Assembly: GCA_963826275.1 (NCBI GenBank)
Contig: CAWGWI010000006.1
Coordinates: 68,770-132,769 of the forward strand
From: Terriglobia bacterium
GTDB lineage: Bacteria; Acidobacteriota; Terriglobia; Terriglobales; Acidobacteriaceae
Direction of reading: 5' to 3'
DNA length: 64,000 nt
The notes beneath the pieces were generated by a model. That model saw nothing but the letters and a program-made list of their open reading frames with translations. It searched no databases and was not told where the DNA came from. Both the position numbers and the translations under genes were made by a program. Positions 44,320 to 53,319 of the stretch are shown here, one piece after another (positions within the stretch are counted from its first letter, which is position 1; each line of letters starts with the position of its first letter).

Positions 44320-44573
44320 ATGCCCCACACGTCGTCGGGGTGCCCCATCTCGCCTGCTTTTGGCGAGGTGGGATCGGGTGCCCCACACGTCGCCGCTTTT
44401 GCGAACGTGTGGGATATGGAGGTTATCGAGCCCGCTCGCCCCCGAGCGGGTCTGAAGAGGCTCGTGTGGACAGCCAATCTTGCCTCTCGGTTTCGTTTGT
44501 GTGGGGCGGACATTCCTGTCCGCCCGCTATTTCAATCACCACGAAATACGTGGCGCGGGCGCCCTCGCCCGCG
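44320..44573. repeat. Cluster of REP-like short repeats and hairpins
   Basis: (A/G)TGCCCCACACGTCG occurs twice (44320-44334 and 44379-44393), with a variant at 44340-44354. Hairpins are CCCACACGT/ACGTGTGGG, CCCGCTCG-CCCC-CGAGCGGG (44431-44450) and GGGCGGACA-TTCC-TGTCCGCCC (44504-44525). The 15-mer GCGCCCTCGCCCGCG (44559-44573) is also at 20407-20421. Confidence 0.75.
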
Positions 44574-44603
44574 GACAAGCGATCCCGTCCGCCCATCCCG
44601 AGC

Positions 44604-45059
44604 TCAGCCGTTTCCCTCCACGTAATCCCGCAGCAACCCAACCACAATCGGCCAGCCACTGTTGCGTGTGCGCCACTCTTCGCTTGTCAGTCCTGAGTGC
44701 GTCACCCGAACCCTGGTCACGCCGTTTTCTTCTTTGAGATCCCATCGCACCGTCGACTCCGGTTCGTTCTCCTCCGGCCGAGACCACGTGAACACCAGCG
44801 CATGTGGAGGATCGATTTCCTGATATACGCCCGTTACTGTGGAATAGCCCGCCGGACCGCAATTGCCCTTTACGGTCATCATCCATTTGCCGCCCACGCG
44901 CAGATCAGTTTCCACGTGCGTGACCTCGAACTTACCCGTGGCACGCCACCACTCCATCAGTTCAGCAGGATCGAGCAGGGCTGCGAAGATCCGTTCAGCA
45001 GCGCCCTTGATCGTGATTTCCTGCACAATTGTGTCTTCACGTTCAGCTACAGAATTCAT
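44604..45059 (-). CDS. SRPBCC-superfamily protein (AHSA1/START-like)
   Basis: The ATG at 45059 overlaps the ArsR stop as ATGA. The sequence is typical of the AHSA1 family (ITIKGAAERIFAALLDPAELMEWW). Confidence 0.75.
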   Translation of the reverse strand: MNSVAEREDTIVQEITIKGAAERIFAALLDPAELMEWWRATGKFEVTHVETDLRVGGKWMMTVKGNCGPAGYSTVTGVYQEIDPPHALVFTWSRPEENEPESTVRWDLKEENGVTRVRVTHSGLTSEEWRTRNSGWPIVVGLLRDYVEGNG

Positions 45060-45409
45060 TTCTTCTCCTCGATGTAATTCTTCAGGTTGTGGAGAGTCTC
45101 GCTCCAGAACGCCTCGTAGTCGTGCAGCCATTCGTTGACGCTTCGCAACGGCTTGGCGTTTAAAGCGCAATGGCGGGACGTGCCGTCCTGCCGGGTGATA
45201 ACCAGGCCCGCACTGCGCAGAACCCGCAGGTGCTTGGAGACGGCTGGCCGGCTCATACGAAAGTTGCCAGCAATCTCCCCCACGGTTTGACGGCCGTTGC
45301 GCAGCAGGGCCAGGATCTCCCGGCGCGTTGGATCAGCGATCGCCCGGAAAACAGCATCGCGTTGCTTGGGTTGAAAGGAAACCATATGGTTACGAATAAA
45401 GGTAACCAA
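45056..45409 (-). CDS. ArsR/SmtB-family transcriptional regulator
   Basis: HTH motif AIADPTRREILALLRNGRQTVGEIAGNFRMSRPAVSKHLRVL. The start may be the internal ATG at 45385. Confidence 0.85.
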   Translation of the reverse strand: MVTFIRNHMVSFQPKQRDAVFRAIADPTRREILALLRNGRQTVGEIAGNFRMSRPAVSKHLRVLRSAGLVITRQDGTSRHCALNAKPLRSVNEWLHDYEAFWSETLHNLKNYIEEKK

Positions 45410-45490
45410 ACGGTTTCATACTGTCAAGCGGGAAATTGCTGATTTGCGCCTTGGCCGCAGCTTTGGCCGGACCGTTATTCTTCTGTTTCT

Positions 45491-45997
45491 TCAGACGCCG
45501 CGAAGCCGGTCTTCAGAGCGGATCCCCGAGCGCCCAAGCAGTCCACGCAGCATACGCTCGCCACCAGCACCACGCTGAATCCCACCGATATTGCCGTCGC
45601 GGTCGATCACGACATAGACCGGGTACTGCGTGGTCGCGAACATCGCCGGTAGATTCGTATCTTCGTTCAGCACGATAGCGCAGGCGCGCGGGCTGGTTTG
45701 CAGGTACTGCTTCACCTTCTTCTTCGATTCGCCCACATCGATCGCGAGAACCACCAATCCCTTCGGTCCGAATTCCTGCGAGAGCTTATCGACCAGCGGT
45801 TGTTCGCCGCGGCAATACGGACACCATGTGGTCCAGAACTGCAGCAGCACAACTTTGCCTTTCAGCGAGGCATTGTTATAGGTCTCGCCAGTCAGGCTTT
45901 TGGCATTGAAACGCGGAGCGGGCTCGCGTCGGTCGGATTGGGCGAACGCGGCGGCCATGCTGATGAGAATGAAGAGACCGAGCGCGCGTCGGAGCAT
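45491..45997 (-). CDS. TlpA-like periplasmic thiol:disulfide oxidoreductase (redoxin)
   Basis: Signal peptide and the WCPYC active site within VVLLQFWTTWCPYCRGE. Confidence 0.8.
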   Translation of the reverse strand: MLRRALGLFILISMAAAFAQSDRREPAPRFNAKSLTGETYNNASLKGKVVLLQFWTTWCPYCRGEQPLVDKLSQEFGPKGLVVLAIDVGESKKKVKQYLQTSPRACAIVLNEDTNLPAMFATTQYPVYVVIDRDGNIGGIQRGAGGERMLRGLLGRSGIRSEDRLRGV

Positions 45998-46073
45998 GCG
46001 CGGCAATATAGCACCGGGCGGCTACCGTGAAGGGAGAATCTCGAATCTGTTCTGGAACGCGGTCCCTGCGCCG

Positions 46074-46157
46074 CTAGGAACCTCGCTTCATGAACATGCG
46101 AATCGCGAACAGGACGACTATGACGATGATTACGATCTCGACGACGGTTCTGAGCAT
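46074..46157 (-). CDS. Possible 27-aa single-TM micro-protein (MLRTVVEIVIIVIVVLFAIRMFMKRGS)
   Basis: Hand-translated. It has a strong AGGAGA RBS 6 nt upstream of the ATG. It is below the ORF-track cutoff. Confidence 0.3.
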   Translation of the reverse strand: MLRTVVEIVIIVIVVLFAIRMFMKRGS

Positions 46158-46311
46158 TTCGTCTCTCCTGGAACGCCGCGCGATGAGCAACTGAGATCTC
46201 GGCGTCAGGAGCATAGGCCCGCAGGAGCAGGTCAGTCAATATTTGCTTTGAATAGGGAATTTGGGACGGCTGTCCCATGAACCCGCGCTGGAGCGGGAGG
46301 AATCCGGCTGC

Positions 46312-46542
46312 TCAGCGAACCGCGACGCTGCAGCGGCCGCCCTTGGTCACTCCGGACTCAAGGTCGTGTACTTCGTTGCGCGCCGCTATCTCGGCCAGTT
46401 CTGCCGTGGAAGAGAATCCCCACGAAACCATTTCATCGGGCTTGTCGGCCAGGGAGACCATCCAGTGATACCGCATTACCTTCCGGAAACGTGAAGGCTC
46501 TGCCTGGAATTCCATGACGTAACCGTGAATGAATTGCTTCAT
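46312..46542 (-). CDS. Hypothetical 76-aa protein
   Basis: The ATG at 46542 overlaps the upstream ORF stop as ATGA. No family recognised. Confidence 0.35.
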   Translation of the reverse strand: MKQFIHGYVMEFQAEPSRFRKVMRYHWMVSLADKPDEMVSWGFSSTAELAEIAARNEVHDLESGVTKGGRCSVAVR

Positions 46543-46733
46543 AGAACCTCTTTCGGTCCCATCGCCGGCCTCGGGAAAGGCGAGCACTCCGGCGCGGGCG
46601 AAGGTTTACATTCGTGGCTGAGATAGTGTTCAGCATCACGGCACTTCAACTGGCACTTATGACAGCGGATGGGTCCTTTGACCTTAGCGGGCGTACGCTG
46701 GGCTTTGGGGGGTGTTTCGATTGTTATCGTCAC
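46539..46733 (-). CDS. Hypothetical 64-aa protein with a C2H2-like zinc-finger motif
   Basis: CHKCQLKCRDAEHYLSHEC fits CxxC-x8-HxxxH. It is translationally coupled to the following ORF. Confidence 0.35.
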   Translation of the reverse strand: MTITIETPPKAQRTPAKVKGPIRCHKCQLKCRDAEHYLSHECKPSPAPECSPFPRPAMGPKEVL

Positions 46734-46893
46734 TACCTTGATGATACGCCCTAAATGCGCTGTGTGCCGATTCCTGCTTCAAGAGATCTGTTTAGCCTGC
46801 CCTCCTGGTCTGAATTCAGCGACCACGCACTACGCTTTCTTCCCAGTCTGAGCGTAGCGAAGACTGTCATACCGAGCGCAGCGAACTCTTCAA

Positions 46894-47625
46894 TCAGAAC
46901 AGCAGCTTACCGCTCTCAAGATCTTTCTCAGCCTGCCGGAGTTCCTCCGGTTTGCCCAGGTCGCGCCAGTAATATTCATCGGCGCGGAACGCTGCGATCG
47001 TTTCTCCGCGAGCAGCGAGATCCAGGTAGGAGTTGATGATCGAAAACACACCGTCTTCCCGAATCATCGTCAGCAACCGCGGCGAGATCACATGAATCCC
47101 GCAGAACGCCAGCGCCTGCTTTTCGTTAGAAGCGCGAGCGATCTCCTCTTCTTGACCGATGCGGCGCCCGCACAGGTGCTGCTCCCCGTCGAAGAGCAGA
47201 TAGCGCGAGCTCTCTCGCTGCTGAACCGCAAGCGTCGCCAACGCCCCGCACCCCTGATGTGCTTCCACTATGCGACCTAGATCGATGCTGCTGATCACGT
47301 CCACGTTGTGCAATAAGAAGTCCGCGTTGTCTTCGGCGAAGAACCACGCAGCTTTCTTCAGCCCGCCACCGGTATCCAGCAGCACATCCTCGCGTGAGAT
47401 CGCGATCTTCATCCCGAAATCGTTGTTCGCCGCGAGATACTCGATCATCAAGTCAGCGAAGTGGTGCACATTCACGATGACGTCGCGAATCCCGAAAGCG
47501 CGCAGCCGGGTGAGCGTGATCTCCAGCAGCGTGCGTCCGGCAACTTCCACCAGCGCCTTCGGACGATCATCGGTAAGTGGACGAAGCCGCGTGCCCAGTC
47601 CCGCAGCCAGGACCATCGCTTTCAT
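46894..47625 (-). CDS. murU: Sugar-1-phosphate nucleotidyltransferase, MurU-like (N-acetylmuramate-1-P uridylyltransferase candidate)
   Basis: ATG at 47625 (MKAMVLAAGLGTRLRPLTDDRPKALV). It has an ATGA overlap with the upstream AmgK-like gene. The MurU assignment rests on that pairing. Confidence 0.65.
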   Translation of the reverse strand: MKAMVLAAGLGTRLRPLTDDRPKALVEVAGRTLLEITLTRLRAFGIRDVIVNVHHFADLMIEYLAANNDFGMKIAISREDVLLDTGGGLKKAAWFFAEDNADFLLHNVDVISSIDLGRIVEAHQGCGALATLAVQQRESSRYLLFDGEQHLCGRRIGQEEEIARASNEKQALAFCGIHVISPRLLTMIREDGVFSIINSYLDLAARGETIAAFRADEYYWRDLGKPEELRQAEKDLESGKLLF

Positions 47626-49049
47626 AGTCCCATGCGCTCCAGTTCGCGATGGGAGAGGATGATGTCGATCCCGTGCTTCGCCCGAAGATGTTTGGCGAGT
47701 TGTTCGGCCAGATACACGGAACGATGTTGCCCGCCCGTGCATCCGAAGGCGACGCTCAGATTCTTGAACCCTCGGCTCTGATAGTTGCTGATGCTCGCAT
47801 CGACGAGCGAGAGCACGTGCGCCAGGTATTGATGCACGCTCTCCTGCTGATTCAGATATTCGGCCACCGGAGCATCTCTGCCCGTGAGCGGCTTGAATCG
47901 TTCTTCGCGCCCGGGATTCGGCAGGCTCCGCGCGTCGAAGATGTACCCTCCGCCATGCCCTGTCTCATCTTTCGGCAATCCACGATGAAACGAAAAGCTC
48001 CCGATGCGTACCACGAGCTTGTCCGGCTCGCTGGCGATGCTCTGTAGCTTCTCCGACCCCACCATGCTGCGCATAGCTTCCGTGAGCGTAGGCAGCGCGA
48101 TCGGCAGCTCCACATTGTGCAGCAGCCAGCGGACATTCTTTAGCGCGTAGGGAACACTCGCCAGGAAGTGCGCCTTGCGCTCGTAGAATCCGCGAAATCC
48201 GTACGCGCCCAGCGCTTGCATCACGCGGATATAAACGAAGGCATAGTAATGATGCATGAACGTTTCGCGCGAGAGATCGGTATAGCGCGCGAGCGCTTTT
48301 AGGTAATCATCCAGCAACTGCAGGCGCAGATCCGGCGGCAGGTCCGCCTTGGCGTCGAACAGAATCGACGCAATGTCATACTGTAGTGCACCCTTGCGTC
48401 CGCCCTGGTAGTCGACGAACCATGGCTCCCCGTTCATCAACATGATGTTGCGCGACTGAAAATCGCGATAGAGAAAGTAATCGCGCGGCGCCGTCAGTAG
48501 GAATTTCGTGAGCCGACCGAAGTCATCCTCGAGCGCTTGTTCATTGAACGGAACGCCGGCGAGTCGCAGGAAATAATATTTGAAGTAGTTCAAGTCCCAG
48601 GCAATCGACTGCCGATCAAAGCTCGCACGCGGATAACAAACCTTGTAGTTCAGATCCCGTCCGGCCTCGATCTGAAAGCGCGGCAAGATCTCCACCGAGC
48701 GCCGGTACGCCTGTACAACTTCAGTCGAAATGTCCGCTCCATCGCGATTCGCCGAGAGAAAATCAAACAGCGTGACATCGCCGAGATCCTGCTCGAGATA
48801 AGCGCCCTGATCAATCGCATCCCCATAAATCTCGGGCACCGGCAGTCCGTGTTTATGGAAATGCCTCGAGAACTCCAGAAACGCCACGTTCTCTTCACGC
48901 ACGTCATACAGAACACCAATGGCGGTCGAATCTTGATTGCTCACGCGGATGATCTTCCGCCCAGATCCGCCAAGTTCACCCTGCAAAGGTTCAATACGCG
49001 TCGGTGGAGCGTGGAAATGCTGCTCGAAGAGTTGTTTTAGTACGTCCAT
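47622..49049 (-). CDS. Fusion protein: AmgK-like anomeric sugar kinase (APH fold) + RapZ C-terminal domain
   Basis: 475 aa. The N-terminal ~330 aa carry YRDFQSRNIML and DYQGGRKGALQYDIASIL, which are AmgK/APH-type motifs. The C-terminal ~135 aa (FSFHRGLP...IFDARSLPNP...PLTGRDAPVAEYL...SVAFGCTGGQHRSVYLAEQLAKHL) align with my recollection of E. coli RapZ residues ~155-284. Confidence 0.8.
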   Translation of the reverse strand: MDVLKQLFEQHFHAPPTRIEPLQGELGGSGRKIIRVSNQDSTAIGVLYDVREENVAFLEFSRHFHKHGLPVPEIYGDAIDQGAYLEQDLGDVTLFDFLSANRDGADISTEVVQAYRRSVEILPRFQIEAGRDLNYKVCYPRASFDRQSIAWDLNYFKYYFLRLAGVPFNEQALEDDFGRLTKFLLTAPRDYFLYRDFQSRNIMLMNGEPWFVDYQGGRKGALQYDIASILFDAKADLPPDLRLQLLDDYLKALARYTDLSRETFMHHYYAFVYIRVMQALGAYGFRGFYERKAHFLASVPYALKNVRWLLHNVELPIALPTLTEAMRSMVGSEKLQSIASEPDKLVVRIGSFSFHRGLPKDETGHGGGYIFDARSLPNPGREERFKPLTGRDAPVAEYLNQQESVHQYLAHVLSLVDASISNYQSRGFKNLSVAFGCTGGQHRSVYLAEQLAKHLRAKHGIDIILSHRELERMGL

Positions 49050-49141
49050 GAGTCCGCTGGTCAGGACAAAGATAACAGGCTGAGAACGTGGAATTGTTTA
49101 ATTTGGCAGTGAGGTAATCTGAAAAGCAATTCGGCATGGAC

Positions 49142-49173
49142 AAAAAAATCTCCCCGGGGAGGAGGGAGATTTC
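49142..49173 (-). terminator. Rho-independent terminator after hup
   Basis: On the minus strand: AAATCTCCC-9 nt-GGGAGATTT followed by TTTTG. Confidence 0.65.
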
Positions 49174-49200
49174 TCGGATGGTTTACGAGCGTCGGATCCG

Positions 49201-49479
49201 CTACTTCTTATTGACTGCTTTTTTCAGATCGACACCCGCAGTGAACTTCGCAACCCGGCGCGAATTGATTTTAATAACAGAGCCAGTTTGCGGGTTACGA
49301 CCGTTACGGGCCTTGCGTTGGTACGTGGAAAAAGTCCCAAAGCCAGAGAGAGTCACTCGATCTCCCTTTTTCAGGGCCGAACTTATACCTTCGATAACGG
49401 ACTCGACGGTATGAGCTGCTTGCGCCTTGCTGATGCCCGTATCGGCGGCGATTTTCTCAACTAAATGGCCTTTGTTCAT
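49201..49479 (-). CDS. hup: HU-family nucleoid-associated DNA-binding protein
   Basis: 92 aa containing MNKGHLVEKIA...GFGTFSTYQRKARNGRNPQTG. Confidence 0.92.
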   Translation of the reverse strand: MNKGHLVEKIAADTGISKAQAAHTVESVIEGISSALKKGDRVTLSGFGTFSTYQRKARNGRNPQTGSVIKINSRRVAKFTAGVDLKKAVNKK

Positions 49480-49625
49480 GTGCTGCCTACCTTTCAGGAA
49501 GACACCTTTGCGGCTTGTTTAGTCCTGCCAGATGGGCTAAGTCAAGGTGTCAGGCACGCAAAAAGCACGCCCCAATTCTCTTTCGGGAATCGAGGCGCTT
49601 GAGATTCGGCTGTGGGTGCCACTTT

Positions 49626-52076
49626 TTACGCGGCGACCGGTTCGCGCGGCGGAGAAGCAGGTGACTGGATAGTAACGGCGATCCGCAGCTTCTCTCCCAG
49701 TCCTCGGAAAATCTCCACCCACCGGCGAGATTTCTCATCCTGGCCCGTAACCTGGCTCGGGTACAGCGTTCTCAGCAGGGTGTAGTAGACGTTCTGCGCC
49801 TTCCACAGATTCACCTCGAAAGGCAGCATACGAACAATGTTCATGGTGTCATCGAGCTCAGAGAGAAGTTTCAGGTCGGTGGGATTCGCAGCCAGAGCAC
49901 TGCTGGCCGCCTCCAGCCGTTGACGCAGATCGAAGGCAATCCGCGCTTCATCCAGCTGAAGATTGTCGCGGCGAGCCTCTTCAAGCAGTGCGCCAAAACG
50001 TACCAGGTCCAGCGGACCTTCCACGATCAGCCGCCGTAGCGCCTCGTTCACCACGAAAGCTGCCGTCACCACCATCACATGTGGTAGCGGCATGCGGATT
50101 TCATGCAAGAAGCGCATAAGTGCAGCGTGATTTTCGTAAACTTGGCGATAACTGTTGTTCGCTTCCTCCAGCACCTGGCCGAGAATGCTTTCCACCACGC
50201 GGCGCTGTTCGTCGCGGAAGAGCGATTTGATCGAGTACGACGTGCCTTCGAAATTGCGGTCGAGCACGCGGATCGACTCGGGCACATCCGACTGGTTGAA
50301 CGCCGACTCCGCTTCCCCAATCGTTCGCTGATAGGATTCCTCACCCTGGAAGCGTCGAACGCCCGCCAGCAGATTGTTATCTCCCAGGTTGAGGACCGCA
50401 AAGGTTAAGTCGGCGGAGTTACGCGTAATCTGCGACCGGATCAGCACGCGGCCGAGAGCCAGCTGTGAGCGCCCCGCCTGCAGCACGCGCGAATCCTTAA
50501 CATCCGCTTCGTAGCAATAAATGACGCGGTGATCGGTGAATCCGAAGAACAGTGAGCTGATCGCGAAGTGGGCTCCCACACCGATCAGATTGACAGTTGC
50601 CGGCTTCACGTAGCGTTCGTATACCTCTGATCCATTTTTGAATTGATCGAGGTTCGAAGGCGCGGATGCCAGGTGCTCGAGGAAGTGCTGTTCGCGATGA
50701 TCGCCGAACAGATCCTGCGCCAACTGAACGGCACGCGCCGCATATTGCAGCACCTGCACGGTCTCGATGCCGGAGATTTCGTCGAAGAACCAGCCGCAGC
50801 TCGTGTACATCAACAATTCGTGACGTTCCATTTCCAGCAGCTTCAGCAGCGCCACCTGGTCCTGCTGGTTCAGGTCGCGGCTCCGGTGTCTTTCGAGGAA
50901 AGCGTCCACATTGTCGGGTGCCCGATCGAGCACAACTTCGATGTAGTCGTTACGCGCCGCCCACGGATCTTTCACATACTCCCGCGCCTTGGTTTCGAAG
51001 GGATGAACCAGGTCATCTCGCAGCCAGTCCAGCGCCTCACGCAACGGCTTGCGCCATTGTTGATTCCATCCCTCGCGCCCGGAATTGCAGCCGCAATCGC
51101 TTCGCCAGCGCTCGATTCCATGTGCGCACGACCACGAAGTGTTTTCGCCGATTTCAACCTCATGGTTCGGCGGATGCTCGGCCAGATATTCGCCGTAATT
51201 CGTGATCTGCGCGAGATTGTTCTTTTCGATGTATTCAAGCGCGTACGCCAACGCCATGTCTCCATGCGGATGATGGTGGCCGTACGTTTCGCCATCGGTG
51301 GCGATGTTCATGAGTTGCGGGTAATCGCGATTGCTGAATCCGCCAATCAACCGGTTGGCGAAATTCTCGCCCGAGCTCAGCAATTGTTCGAAAGCCACGG
51401 CACGCGAGATCGGTCCATCGTAAAAGAAGATGGAGATCCGCTTTCCCGACGGTAGCTTGCACACGTAGGGCATCTTTGGATCAATCTTGCCGCCTTCCAC
51501 ATTTCTCCAGGTTCGCCCGATGCGTCGCGTCTGCCGAGCTTGGTGCGGAGCCAGAATCGTGAACTTGATTCCGTTCTCGGCCAGCACCTCCAGCGTCTCC
51601 ACGTCGGCCGCGGTTTCAGAAAGCCACATACCCTCGGGGAAGCGTCCGAAGCGCGACTCGAAATCACGAATTCCCCAGCGAACCTGTGTTTCCTTATCGC
51701 GACGGTTTGCCAGCGGCATGATGATGTGGTTGTAGACCTGCGCGATCGCATTACCGTGACCAGAGTAGCGCTCGCGCGAAATTCGATCGGCTTCCAGAAT
51801 GGACGCGTACACACCCGGAGTGTTCACTTCCATCCACGAAAGCAGCGTCGGCCCGAAGTTGAAGCTGATCCGGCTGTAGTTGTTGACGATGTTGGTGATT
51901 CGGCCTTCGCCGTCGAGGATGCGCGAAGCCGAATTCGCCGCATAACACTCGGCCGTGATGCGCTCGTTCCAGTCGTGAAAAGGATACGCAGAATCCTGCT
52001 GCTCAATGGCCTCAAGCCAGGGGTTTTCGCGAGGAGGCTGATAGAAATGTGCGTGAATACAAAGATGCCGTTCCAT
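49626..52076 (-). CDS. Glycoside hydrolase family 57 glucan enzyme with a DUF3536-type C-terminal extension
   Basis: 816 aa with the N-terminal motif CIHAHFYQPPRENPW and ATDGETYGHH. Confidence 0.85.
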   Translation of the reverse strand: MERHLCIHAHFYQPPRENPWLEAIEQQDSAYPFHDWNERITAECYAANSASRILDGEGRITNIVNNYSRISFNFGPTLLSWMEVNTPGVYASILEADRISRERYSGHGNAIAQVYNHIIMPLANRRDKETQVRWGIRDFESRFGRFPEGMWLSETAADVETLEVLAENGIKFTILAPHQARQTRRIGRTWRNVEGGKIDPKMPYVCKLPSGKRISIFFYDGPISRAVAFEQLLSSGENFANRLIGGFSNRDYPQLMNIATDGETYGHHHPHGDMALAYALEYIEKNNLAQITNYGEYLAEHPPNHEVEIGENTSWSCAHGIERWRSDCGCNSGREGWNQQWRKPLREALDWLRDDLVHPFETKAREYVKDPWAARNDYIEVVLDRAPDNVDAFLERHRSRDLNQQDQVALLKLLEMERHELLMYTSCGWFFDEISGIETVQVLQYAARAVQLAQDLFGDHREQHFLEHLASAPSNLDQFKNGSEVYERYVKPATVNLIGVGAHFAISSLFFGFTDHRVIYCYEADVKDSRVLQAGRSQLALGRVLIRSQITRNSADLTFAVLNLGDNNLLAGVRRFQGEESYQRTIGEAESAFNQSDVPESIRVLDRNFEGTSYSIKSLFRDEQRRVVESILGQVLEEANNSYRQVYENHAALMRFLHEIRMPLPHVMVVTAAFVVNEALRRLIVEGPLDLVRFGALLEEARRDNLQLDEARIAFDLRQRLEAASSALAANPTDLKLLSELDDTMNIVRMLPFEVNLWKAQNVYYTLLRTLYPSQVTGQDEKSRRWVEIFRGLGEKLRIAVTIQSPASPPREPVAA

Positions 52077-52107
52077 ACTTGCTGGTACTTAGATGCAAAA
52101 AAGGCGG

Positions 52108-52290
52108 CCATTAGCACTCGCCAATTGGCTTTTAGCCGTTAGCGATTCGCCTCGGAGTTGTTCCCTACGGATGCCACACAGCGGGAAACATCTCAGTTCA
52201 TAGCACTACGACATGATCTCTGACGCAGTCGAGTTCAAGGGGCGGAGTACCAATTGCCAACTGCTAACTGCTAAGAGCTAAAAGCCAGAA
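52108..52290. repeat. Heptad-repeat palindromic element, copy 4 (arms ~100 bp apart)
   Basis: The left arm is CATTAGC ACTCGCC AATTGGC TTTTAGC CGTTAGC GATTCGC (52109-52150). The right arm is CCAATTG CCAACTG CTAACTG CTAAGAG CTAAAAG CCAGAAG (52250-52291). Confidence 0.75.
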
Positions 52291-52413
52291 GCTCTTTTTC
52301 CAACACAGTCCACAGAGGATGCCGATTCTTGCACAGTTCGTTCCTGACTTTGCTGGGCCCGCCCTCTTGCGCCCGGGCCCACGGCATGACACCTTGATAA
52401 GAGGATAAGAGCG

Positions 52414-53223
52414 ATGAAGACAGAATCAAAAACGGCTACCTGCCTGCTCTGCGGCGACACCGGATGGAAACCGGTTGGGGAAGGAGCAGAACGGCGCATG
52501 ACCCGTTGCCAATGCCGCCTGCGCGAGCGTGGGAAGTCGCTGCTGGAAGCCGCCAGAATTCCTCGCCGCTACGAGCATTGCGACTTCGACAGCTTCCAAA
52601 CCGAGTTCCCCGACACCGGCTTGTCCGATCAGGAGTACAAATCGCTCAGTTCGGCCCGCTTTGTTGCCGGACGCTTTGTGGACGAGCATCTTCCCGGACA
52701 AGGTCTGCTCTTTGTAGGTGGAACCGGGACAGGGAAGACGCATCTAGCAGTGGCAGTCATTCGCAAGCTCGTTCTGGACAAAGAAGTCCCGTGTCTCTTC
52801 TGTGATTTTCGCGAGCTGATGCGGCAGATCCGCCAGTCTTACGACCCTGCGGTGCAGACAACAGAGTTAGACGTGCTCAAGCCGGTGTTCGACATCCCGG
52901 TGCTGCTCCTCGATGACCTCGGGTCCGCCGCGATGACTGAATGGCAGCGCGATACCATCGGCTACATTCTCAACAAGCGCTATTCGGACGAGCAGACCAC
53001 CATCGTGACTACCTGCCTCGCAGACAAGCCGAGTCCGATCGCAGAAGCGTCGGAGCCGAGCATGGGCCGGTCAAGAACACTCGACGAAGCCCGCTCCGTC
53101 ATGCGCGAACGCACCCTCGGAGAACGCATCGGCGACCAGATGCGCATGCGCCTGAAAGAAATGACCAAGACCATCGAAATCCAGGCAAGAGATTACCGCG
53201 CCCGTGGCAAAGACCGTTTCTAG
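52414..53223 (+). CDS. DnaC/IstB-like AAA+ ATPase (replicative helicase loader candidate) with an N-terminal Cys4 zinc motif
   Basis: 269 aa with CLLCGDTG...CQC, Walker A GGTGTGKTH and Walker B VLLLDDLG. Confidence 0.8.
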   Translation: MKTESKTATCLLCGDTGWKPVGEGAERRMTRCQCRLRERGKSLLEAARIPRRYEHCDFDSFQTEFPDTGLSDQEYKSLSSARFVAGRFVDEHLPGQGLLFVGGTGTGKTHLAVAVIRKLVLDKEVPCLFCDFRELMRQIRQSYDPAVQTTELDVLKPVFDIPVLLLDDLGSAAMTEWQRDTIGYILNKRYSDEQTTIVTTCLADKPSPIAEASEPSMGRSRTLDEARSVMRERTLGERIGDQMRMRLKEMTKTIEIQARDYRARGKDRF

Positions 53224-53319
53224 TTTCACCACAGACGCAATATTAAATCTGAAATCTTCAATCTCAAATCTTGATTTCTCCAGCTCTGTGGTGAATCGCC
53301 GTTATGCTAGTCTCGCAAA

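Noticed and set aside
44270-44603. SAM or other riboswitch upstream of the Cys/Met PLP enzyme gene
   Set aside because: Reading the minus strand, I found none of the conserved SAM-I core segments. The region is instead made of short repeats shared with unrelated loci. An Rfam scan would be decisive.
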